Part shown: positions 28,701 to 40,700 of the stretch, piece after piece
How the letters are laid out: every line of letters begins with the position of its first letter
How positions within the stretch are numbered: position 1 is the first letter of the stretch
Assembly (NCBI RefSeq): GCF_023055435.1
Contig: NW_025963857.1
Coordinates: 31,682,001 to 31,746,000, forward strand
Direction: 5' to 3'
DNA: 64,000 nt
Source of the DNA: Haliotis rufescens
Taxonomy: Eukaryota
Program-made: the position numbers and the translations under genes
The notes under the pieces: model-generated
Database searches by the model: none
What the model was told of the DNA's origin: nothing
What the model saw: only the letters and a program-made list of their open reading frames with translations

Positions 28701-31700
28701 CTCGTGATACTGCAGCAATGAATTTATGTTACCGACATGTCTTAATCTGCCATTGTAAAAGAATTAAAACAAATTAAAAGTTGATAGAAAACAGCTGTCC
28801 GATTGAACTGAGGTTAACTTGTGGTATGTCATGTGACTTTCATTGACTCGGAAAAAGTGTGCAGCCTTTTGCTTCGAAAGGGGGAATAAGGGATATATTC
28901 TAGTGCTCAGAAATCCATGTTCAGCCGTTTACTTCATGGCGGGGTAAAAGGGACTTATTCTCACCCTCAGAAATTAATTTCCCTACCAGGCAGGATACAT
29001 AGTATTTTATCAACATCACATGAACTAATCAGATTTCATAATTTTGACATGGAGGTATGATAACTGACCATATAACAACACAAGTATTTGGCACAAACTG
29101 CACTTATCATCACATGGTATGTCATATGCTAGCTGAGTAATTTTTGAAGACCAGTTCGTTCTACCACAGAACATTTTGTCTTTTGTCATGTTTGTTCTTT
29201 ATGCCACAGTCATCACTATTCTAGCTATATGTCAGTCGCCTGAAAATAATACCAGACCAGACAATCCACTGTCCAGCAATTGATATTATGAGCAACGATC
29301 CACGCTGCAGTGGTATGAAAACATGCACTCATCCCAAGTCAACTATCCTGACCACTTGCTCCACATATTCGCCTTTCACAATTCTGACCAAAAATGACAT
29401 TTGAACAATAAGTTGATTGTTGGATGATTTGTTGTTTAACGCCGCACTCAGCAATATTACAGCGGTGTGTAAATAATCAAGTCTGGACTTGACAATCCAG
29501 TGATAAATATCATGAGCATCGATCCACGCAATTGGGATCGATGACATGCATCAACCAAGTCAGCTAGCCTGACCACTCTATCCCGTTAGTCGCCTTTTAC
29601 GACAAGCATAGTCACCCTTTACGGCAAGCATGGGTTGCTGAAGACCTATTCTACCCCTGATCTTCATGGGTCGAACAATAAGTAGTGTTTTGGAAGACCC
29701 TGGTGTGAACAATAAGTAGTGTTTGGGAAGACCCTGGTGTGAACAATAAGTAGTGTTTGGGAAGACCCTGGTGTGAACAATAAGTAGTGTTTTAGAAGAC
29801 CCTGGTGTGAACAATAAGTAGTGTTTGGGAAGACCCTGGTGTGAACAATAAGTAGTGTTTGGGAAGACCCTGGTGTGAACAATAAGTAGTGTTTGGGAAG
29901 ACCCTGATGTGAACAATAAGTAGTGTTTGGGAAGACCCTGGTGTGAACAATAAGTAGTGTTTGGGAAGACCCTGGTGTGAACAATAAGTAGTGTTTGGGA
30001 AGACCCTGGTGTCTGTTTCATAAGATATCAGGATATAACCTCATCAGGTCATGTTTCACTTTTCAACAAAACAAATGTCACTTTCACTTCATTGATAGCC
30101 TTCAATCAACCTCATTGTAAGGCACCTGTTCTCACCTGGTTTAAATGTGATGAGACAAGACCTGTTGGTGCAGGTGCCCTCAGGAAAGATAAGGACTTGA
30201 GGCCATGCTCCCCCGGACTGTCCCCTCTCCCGTATCTGCTGGATGGTAACAGCGCGAGAGTTGGGATCCTCTCGTCGCACAAATACAGGCTGTGTGAACT
30301 GAATTAATGCTGACAAAAATAGCATAGAATAAGATTAATTCCTGAGATAATGCACATGACAAGTACAGTTGATTCACAAATTCAAATATCATTTCTGGTT
30401 AATAAACATAGCAATATATCTTGACAATAAAAGAAATAGACTCTAATGTTGGTAAGCATTATAAACAACCAGGATTTCTGTCTAGACCTCAATGATTTGT
30501 GTTGATATGACACTACAGACACCATAGCTAATCAGTTAATGTTGCATCATGAAAGCTTATTCATTATCTTGGGACATGTTGTTGTTATGTGTAAACAGAA
30601 TTGGAATGAAAACTCAGAAATGCAAACTAAGAACCACGACCACTCATCATTTCACACATTCTTCAACTTCAAAATAGGAAGCACTTCACAAAGTTAATAT
30701 GAGTCAGGAGGCTGCAAATCTCCCATGTATCATAGAGTCCACTTGGTCCATCGTATTGTTCTACCTTGACTTAAAGGCCCATGGGCTGAGTTTATTTCAT
30801 AGATCTCTGCCTTAATTTCAAGTTTACAATTCCTGTCTCAGATATTAATGGAAGTGTGTACTGCCACAATGACGCCTTCCTAATAAATTCTGACTGATTT
30901 ATCTGATGCATGGATGCTTTTTATTTCCGTCACTCAAGTTGCTGATTTCCTGTTGACAAGGAACTAATATCAATGCCTGCATATTTTGCACATACTTTCC
31001 CAGGTTAGAAAAACTAATGATAATTTTATTATTGATCTAACAACATCTTCACTACAAACATTTTCAATTCAATCAATCCAATATGACACATGGTATGGCA
31101 AGATTGGACATTAACATAAGTCAATAGTCCAAGACAAGTAAAATTCAGGAAGTGTAACTAACATTTCCCTAGGACAACCACTTTTACCAGTTTACCAGTT
31201 TGTGGCCTTAACCACTAGTCCGAAGCCTGAGTCTGGTAAATCATCCTTTGGTCAAGCAAGCCATTTCAAAATCCATAAATCAACACTTAGGTCTACCGGA
31301 AAAGAATGTCAAGTGACATGACTCAAAAGTTACAGGTTAGTTACCTCAGGAGCCTTTTCAGGCAACTTAGCAGGCATAACCCAACATTAAGGTCATATGA
31401 AAGAGATCCATTTGGACTGATTCTTGTCAGTGAAGCTGATAGGTTAGTGGGAATGGACATTCTTCAGTATTCTGATGTCATTCAATGTTAAAATCAAATT
31501 TCATAACCAATATCAATGAAGACAAAGTATAAATAGTCCATATTAAAGCATAGATATACAGATAAGGATGGACATTTTTGGCATGATTAGATCAGTCACA
31601 AGTTTGGACCTTATGTAATTTAATGAGGATCATTGTAGATCCTGAAGAAATAACCTGAACACTGAAGACTGGCATCATCAAGTGAGTTGGGAAACAAGGG

Positions 31701-34700
31701 CAAAATTTGACACAACATGACAGCGTGTAAATACTACCTGAAAGGATTATCACATTTATTCACACAATAGTCACTAATATTATATCATATCACATACTCA
31801 TATCACTTAAGTGAACTGAAAAATTGGCAATGACAACTAGGTGCTTCTCAGCCATTGTGGCACTAAAGCCTTTTTACAATATACTTGGTATACATGCTTC
31901 TTTTTGAAAAAAATATCTGTTTAAAGTTTTCTCTCCTTAAAAGAATTGTTAGAAGGAGGGGGAAATGGAATGAAAAGAATGATACTTGGGGTGGTTTTCA
32001 GAATCACCAGAAATGGAACTACTTGCTTTCCCAGACAGAGCTTTTTTTATTACTGAAATTTGTCAGAATAAAAAAAAAAGAAGACTGTTCTTACGCTTTT
32101 AACTTTATTCCACATGTGGAAACCTTAAGGGTTGGCAGATCCGTAAATCAAGAAGAAAAAAAATGGTTAATGACATCCCTGGATTGACACCATGATTTAC
32201 TTGGCATCGGCACTGCCATAAACTATTGATACCATTTTTTCCAACTCTTTGTACGGCTGTTGGTATATGCCAGAAGAACTGAAGCTTGGGAATGGTAACA
32301 GATGTTCTTTAAGTGTATTGTACTGAAAGGTCATTGATTTCATTCACCATACATCTTCCGACAGCAATCAATGAGTCAAAGGTGAAATTTGTAAATCCAT
32401 TCAAGTGAGTTCTACAGCACACATGGAAAAGGCAAACACAGTGATCACACAGCGACACACAAGCAACTACAGCAACAATCAAGCATATCAAACATCAACA
32501 ACAGTGGAAAGGCTGTTGCATTTTCCCCTATCAACTTTCCCATTGGTTTAGCATGATATTCCTCAATATCAAATCATGTCTTCTACACGAAGCAATGAAA
32601 TTCACAAAATCAGTACTGAAATTCAAATAAATCAATTCCCATATTGAGATCAAAATTATTTAAGGCCTTTCATTATTGATACAAGCTAATGATGGGAGAT
32701 ATGACTGGGAAAATGCAGTGCCTGTTAATACCTACTTCCCAAAAAGGGTAGTGAGCTGCTTTCTATCTTTGCAACAGGACTTTTTAGTTCTTGCCCCAGA
32801 AAACATACAATGGTATCAAAAAATGTTGAGTGGGGTGCAGCACAAAGGACAGGTGCGTCCTGGGCACTAGCAGGTTTCCCTCTGAACTTGATTTTGTGAA
32901 ATCCTGCTATAAAGATTACACACCTCCCAAGCCACAGGAGAAGTCCACTGAAAGCCCTATCAAAGGAACAAAACATGCAGTTACTAGCTGCAGCATGACT
33001 GCTGGTGCTCCAAACATGCTATGAGGAGGAGGGGCTGGAGGTGGAAGAGGAGGGAATGGGGGATGGGGTATGTGGGGTGGAGGGGAAGAAATGGAGGAAG
33101 AGGAGAAAGAGGGAGATGTGGAGGGAAACAGGGATAGATTTGCCTGTGAAGCTTATGGGAAAGTGTGTGCCATCAGATTGCTTTCACTAAGCATTTCATA
33201 CTCAAATAAAAGAAATGAGTGCCTTGGCACTGTAGCTCACCCAGATTTGTAGATGATACTGTTAGTTCTTTGAAATCCTATGTTTGATATTTTTATCAGC
33301 TGGCACACAGGCTAAGGATCAAAAGGACATGCAAGGTCATTTCAACTTTTCTGGTTTGATTATGAAGATAAGCAATAATATATGTAATGCAAAATTATTT
33401 AAGGATACCGACTACATCATGCACCCTGACAAACCAAGATGTCATGTTAAATATAATAGGTAAAGTCTAGCTTTCCAAAACAATAATTATTATTATTCAT
33501 GGAAAACAAATTTTTCTGACTTATTTGACAACTACAAACATGATAAAAATCAAAAACTAACAGGGAACTTTATAGACAATCAGATAAGGGACAGGCTTTT
33601 GCTTTTGAGAAACAAATTCAATGGGTCACTGCTATACCAATGTCAGTATGTGTTGCTAGATGTAGTGTACACAAAGACATGTACATGTGGTTGTATGTAG
33701 ATATGTTGCCATAACAGAAACAGCCTTTCTAATGTGCTTGGTTTGTATACAAGAGGTTGTGTGCGTTTGTTCATGTATAATATTGCCTGTCACGCCTCAG
33801 TAACAACTTCCTTGGCTGAACCCCAAGCAATGGTTCAGATTGTTATTAGTCCAAAGATCAACAGGTTCAGAACCTGGTACTAGTCTTATACAAACATAAC
33901 CACAATATCCATTAGAAAGGTGTTAATAGAAAAGTTAGAAATCATTAAATTTCGGATGGTAAAAAATTATCATTTGAGTAGTTGTGATTAAGATGGCACT
34001 CTACCAATGGCTAACCATGTCCTGCTTGACTATCTTAGCATCAGACAGTTCATGATAAAACATAAACATCATTTCTGATGGCATACAAAATTGCATTAAA
34101 GGCATAATGTGATACTTGGAGTGTGATGAGACAAAGGTCACATTTTACACATAATGTGACACTGGGCGTGTGATGACACAAAGGTCACATTAAGCACATG
34201 TAATAGTGTGAGTGTGATGACACAAAGGTCACATTTTACACATAATGTGACACTGGGCGTGTGATGACACAAAGGTCACATTTTACACATAATGTGACAC
34301 TGGGCATGTGATGACACAAAGGTCACATTAAGCACATGTAATAGTGTGAGTGTGATGACACAAAGGTCACATTTTACACATAATGTGACACTGGGCGAGT
34401 GTTGACACAAAGGTCACATTTAACACATAATGTGACACCTGGAGTGTGATGACACAAAGGTCACATTAAGCATGTCATACTGTGAGGGTGATGGCACAGA
34501 GGTCACATTAAGGACATGTCATACTGGAAGAATGATGACACAAAAGTCACATTTTACACATAATGTGACACTGGGCATGTGATGACACAAAGGTCACATT
34601 AAGCACATGTAATAGTGTGAGTGTGATGACACAAAGGTCACATTTTACACATAATGTGACACTGGGCGTGTGTTGACACAAAGGTCACATTTAACACATA

Positions 34701-37700
34701 ATGTGACACCTGGAGTGTGATGACACAAAGGTCACATTAACCCTTTCGCCCCGACTGCCCGATTTATCGGGCAGGATAAACCGTGTCCCAGGACCCGGCT
34801 GCCCGAAAAATCGGGCAGCATAAGCCGTGTCCCAGAACCCGGCTGCCCGATAAATCGGGCGGCGCGAGCGTGTTTACAAAATCGCTCTTTCTACTTCCTT
34901 TCTCGTGTGTAATCTCGTTGTAAATATGGAAACGAGATTTACACGTGATTGACACGTCATTCTATGGAATTTCCCCGTCTTTTTGGCGCGAAAATCGCGG
35001 GTATGTCACCTGTTTTCGCGACAGGTATTTTTCTCGCTTGAATCGTAAATCAAGCGTAATGGCGGCCAACTACGATTCGGATAGCGATCAGATGATTAAC
35101 AACGACTATATCGGGAATAATAATGTGTTTGAATTGAATAATTTACGCGAAGGGGAGAGGGAATTTCGCGAATATTTTCGTGAAGATTTTGACGGTTTCG
35201 ACGAGGTGTCCCCCCCGCCAACTTTCGAGAATGGGAGTGGCAGAGGGACCACAATAGTGGAGACATGAGGGATTTTGAAGAGGCGACCGGACTCAAGAAT
35301 ATATATTGACACGGTGAGTGAAGAGTCGTGCTATTGATTTTTTCCAACTGTTTTACAATGATTATGTGTTTGAACAGATTATCAGTGCGACGAATGAGAA
35401 TCCAGCTACCGACACGTGATTGAGCGATCACAACAACAACAAAGGTGAGTGGCATGACGTATCTGTTTCTTTTTTTTTTTAATTTATTTTTCTGATCGCA
35501 ATCCGAATTGTAGTTTGCCGGTTTGTCGTATGTCCTTATATTTAGCTCAATTTGAATAAAATTAATTTCCATATTCATGTTTGTTTTCTTGTTTTTTACA
35601 TCTTAATTTAAATTTGAGTAACTGTAATGATTATTTATTTATTAATTGATTTAATAAAGTACTGATTTAATTTATTATGCAATTGTAAATAGCAGTGTAT
35701 TGTAAATATGTTATCACAACTTGTATATTTGCAGAACTTGAATTTACGATCTTTCCGTCCTTTTACAATCTTTCCCTCTTCAGATCAATCTGTGTTATCT
35801 TCCCTGTGATGTCATTCTTATAGTAGCTGTGGTTCAATGTTCAGATAATGTGATAAATAACTTTTTAAAAACTTAAATACTTAATTTTTGTTTCAAATCC
35901 TGAAAAAGAACAAAATAAATCAAATATTTGTGTTTTTACCTGTGTTAACGAGTTTACCTGCGTTAACAAGTTTACCTGTGTTAACGAGTTTACCTAAGAG
36001 GCTGTAAGTGTATCATAAGTAATATGTGACATCAGTATAGAAAACAAAGTCAGTACCAAGAGTTGTAAACTTGTTTATTTGTTTACAGATTTGCATGAAG
36101 AGAATTTACCTGTAACACCTGGGATTACCTGTGCCGTCCAAGATGACGAGACCACTGTGTTATGTTTACCTTGTATCTGTGATTTATTTTTGTGATTTGT
36201 AATACAATTTGAGCCAAAATTCATTGTCTGTTTTCATTTTTTCAGTGTTTTCAAGTTTTATTTCACTTGTAAACACCTGTAATTAGAAAATAACAAAGGT
36301 TAGAGACAATAACAACAAAGAATATTAAAGTATACTTAATCCTCTTTACAATGGTGTATGATAAATGTATATTAAAAGCAAGTTTCTGGTAGAAAAAGTG
36401 CATCAAAATTGATAGGGTGATTTTCCAATAATACTGCCAGGGAGGCCAGTGTACAGGCCTTGTCAGTGTCAGGGACTGCAGGGTCTCAAGGGACATAACT
36501 CTGGGGCAGCCAGTGATGAAAGAGTTAAGCATGTCATACTGTGAGGGTGATGGCACAGAGGTCACATTAAGGACATGTCATACTGGAAGAATGATGACAC
36601 AAAAGTCACATTTTACACATAATGTGACACTGGGCGTGTGATGACACAAAGGTCACATTTAACACATAATGTGACACTGGGAGTGTGATGACACAAAGGT
36701 CACATTAAGCATGTTATACTGTGAGTGTGATGGCACAAAGGTCACATTTTACACATAATGTGACACTGGGAGTGTGATGACACAAAGTTCACATTAAGCA
36801 TGTCATACTGTGAGTGTGATGGCACAAAGGTCACATTAAGGACATGTCATACTGGAAGAGTGATGACACAAAAGTTACATTTTACACATAATGTGACACT
36901 GGGCGTGTGATGACTCAAAGGTCACATTAAGCACATGTAATCCTGTGAGTGTGATGACACAGAGGTCACATTTTACACATAATGTGACACTGGGCGTGTG
37001 ATGACACAAAGGTCACATTAAGCACATGTAATAGTGTGAGTGTGATGACACAAAGGTCACATTTTACACATAATGTGACACTGGGCGTGTGATGACACAA
37101 AGGTCACATTTAACACATAATGTGACACAAAGGTCACATTAAGCATGTCATACTGTGAGGGTGATGGCACAAAGGTCACATTAAGGACATGTCATACTGG
37201 AAGAAGGATGACACAAAAGGTCACATTTTACACATAATGTGACACTGGGAGTGTGATGACTCAAAGGTCACATTTAACACATAATGTGACACTGGGAGTG
37301 TGATGACTCAAAGGTCACATTTAACACATAATGTGACACTGGGAGTGTGATGACTCAAAGGTCACATTTTACACATAATGTGACACTGGGAGTGTGATGA
37401 CTCAAAGGTCACATTTTACACATAATGTGACACTGGGAGTGTGATGACTCAAAGGTCACATTTTACACATAATGTGATACTGGGAGTGTGATGACTCAAA
37501 GGTCACATTAAGCACATGTAATACTGGAAGAGTGATGACACAAAGGTCACATTTTACACATAATGTGATACTGGAAGAGTGATGACACAAAGGTCACATT
37601 TTATACATAATGTGATACTAGGAGGGTGATGACACAAAGGTCACATTAAGCACATGTAATACTGGAAGAGTGGTGACACAAAGGTCACATTTTACACATA

Positions 37701-40700
37701 ATGTGATGCTGGGAGTGTGATGACACAAAGGTCACATTTTACACATAATGTGACACTGGGAGTTTGATGACACAAAGGTCACATTTTACACATAATGTGA
37801 TACCGGGATTGTGATGACACAAAGGTCACATTTTACACATAATGTGATACCGGGATTGTGATGACACAATGGTCACATTAAGGACATGTCATACTGTGAG
37901 TGTGATGGCACAAATGTTGCATTATGGACATAATGTGATACCGGAAGTGTGATGACACAAAGGTCACATTAAGAACTTCTTTGTAGGTGTCTTCAGATCT
38001 TCACAATGAAACTGACATGGAATTCTAGGAGTGTGATCACAAAAGTGTTGCATCATAAAGCTATTGAACACATTGCTATAATTGAAGCTGGGTTTTTCAA
38101 CCAATGATCACATGACCCTAGAACTTAAGGGAAGCAATTCTGCACAGCGATACTGGTTACCCATGTCCTCCTAGCTGTACTTACGGATACCATATAGTCT
38201 TGCCATATTGTTATACAATTACTGGTTACTGGGCATTTATACTTCTTAATAATACCTATATAGCTTGCATAATGAACATAGTTGAATCCTTGTCAATAAA
38301 AAGTGCTGTGATACCAACCGGAGATACAAAGAATGTTCTTATTCAATACTAAGAATAGGATGTAGCTATAAGCATGATAAGGAGAAATTACATGTGGATG
38401 AGAAGAGAGGCAGATAATCCTATTAATAGGCCAGCCAGAAAATCAAACACGCTCGGTAATTTTGGTCTCACCAGCTATTCTATATCCACAATCCCATGAG
38501 AAGATCAATTAACAAATTACACCAAGTGCCAGTGGGGAGATGAAGAGATCTCCATCGATCTCATCACATGGGAAATGCTTGGGGTGTACACTGGTCACTG
38601 CAGTTTCACTGGATAGCAATCAGCCACTGTATGGTATATTCAGTCAAATTTAACCCATGTCTCACTAAATTCCACCAATTACCAAATTACATGTTTATCT
38701 AATTCTGTCAAATCTGTCAAAATTAAATCATCTTTAAGAAGTAAATAATAAGTGGCATCATCTCATGTGTTGTGGGTTTCTAACCCTTAGAACTGGAATG
38801 TGTAAGGGTACATAATATCCACTGTGAATAGAAGGAAGTTTATTGTTGACCAGCTTGTCTGTCCAAATTTTGATCCCTATCATTTGAAACCAGGGACGTA
38901 TTAAATGACATTGCTGAGTTGTTGTTTCCGATTCAGTTCATTTTGCTTCCTTGTCGTGTCACATCACTTACGAGGGTGAGGTTTCATGTTGAGCCATTGT
39001 TAGGAACACTACCTTACTGTCCTCGTTTCAGCCAATTTATTTCTACTTCGAATACAGGATTATAATCTAAAAATCTTTTTGCACTTTATTGAAACATTAC
39101 ATGAAAGGTTAAGTCTTGCATAAGAATAATATAGATACTCTCAGTTTCCCACACCCAATTATTCTGTAAGTTGCTTTTTGTTTTTTTGGTTGTCAAGATT
39201 GAGATGAATCAGTCAATGGTTTACAGTATTATTTTAATGGTTGAAAAATTGTACAAGCAGAAATGACAAATTTATGGTATCATTTTGCAACCTATGCTAA
39301 CATGAATAGTATAATATAAAAGGATGTGATTAATGGATTTAATTATTTAAAGTTGTTTCTGAAAACTAATTCATTTGGAATTATATAAAGTCATATCATT
39401 TAACAGTATTCCAGTTATATCACTACATGTCAGCTTAATGTGGGAGGAAAGCCCGAAGTGACGCAGGTCTTAGACGTTTACCACTTCGTTGAAACCCATG
39501 AGCACCAATATGTTCCTCATAAACCTAGAAACATAATCGGGCGAACCGGGATTTGAACCCACAATCATAGGTTTCTGGAGTGCCCAAAGGACGCAACTCT
39601 GCACAGCAAATTGCGGCACCTTAGATGACTGGGCCACCTCTGTCCCATGTCATATCATAGAGAACACACTGATCAATAAAAACAATGCCCCATAAATTGC
39701 CTGGAATTATTTCGACAGCAAAAACAGTTTCAGATTCACTTCCCAGGACATTGTCATCATAAACATCTTTTCAGTTTGATCTTTTCAAATTCTGTAATGT
39801 CAGAAAAGATTGTCACATCAAAAGTCGATAAAAAGCATGAATATGTCCTCATGCCATTTGTTTCCAGCAAAACCACTGATGTGATTCATGCTGCAAGATT
39901 TCAGTAATGTTCACTGGCCAGGGGCAGACAGGCAGGTGGTGGGGATAAGGTAGGGGTGGGGACAAGGTAGGGGTGGGGACAAGATAGGGGTGGGGACAAG
40001 GTAACGGTGGGGGAGCCTTTGAGTGTCATCACTACAGTAATACAAAGGATGAAAGGGGTACTTGGAGGTTTAGAGGGTAGCAGCAACACTCATGCCCATT
40101 CATGAAAACATTCAAACAATTAATCAATATATCTTATTCAGAAAATTCAGGTTAAAATGTATCAATGCATTTGAAACCATGTTTCTATGGCATCAAAAAC
40201 TCACATTGTCAAGCACCGAAACAGCATACATCAATACTGCTAAATTTGCAAGGTTATTCTAAATCTCAAATAATCCTGAAATAAAACAAACTCATGAAAA
40301 CAAACACTATAAATTATACAGCTTATACAGTGACAAATTTCCTTCAGCCTACAGTGAGGCAGGAGAAAACACATCTTAAAACTAAAACTGTAAAAAAACT
40401 AAAAATGCATCCCGGTAATCATTTTTAACATGTTTAACCACCCAAAAGAATAATTATGTGATAACAAATATGTTTAAGGAAGTTCCCACCACCATCAGTG
40501 AATAGAAAAGAAAGTACAGTACAAACAAGACCATGCAAAGCTAACAAGCTGAAAGTGATAAGGACATACTACTGAATGAGCTGTAGCACCCACAACAACT
40601 GACTAGCTGTACCTTCAGTTAGTCAAGAATTTCACAACATACCTTTAACATCAGTGAAAGTGGCTCAGGCTAGCGGGCTAGTGCTAAGTTCTGTTCCTGG

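Noticed and set aside
29578-30021. ORFs of 147 and 106 aa, or a CRISPR array
   Set aside because: Translations of a spacer-less 34-bp minisatellite plus a SINE
32736-32956. Second LPCAT gene or dead pseudo-exon
   Set aside because: No other exon is duplicated; the frame, splice sites and catalytic motif are intact despite deep divergence
34100-37972. CRISPR-like look: constant 24-bp core with variable 18-23 bp segments
   Set aside because: The variable segments are a few recurring variants rather than unique spacers; eukaryotic intron, no cas genes
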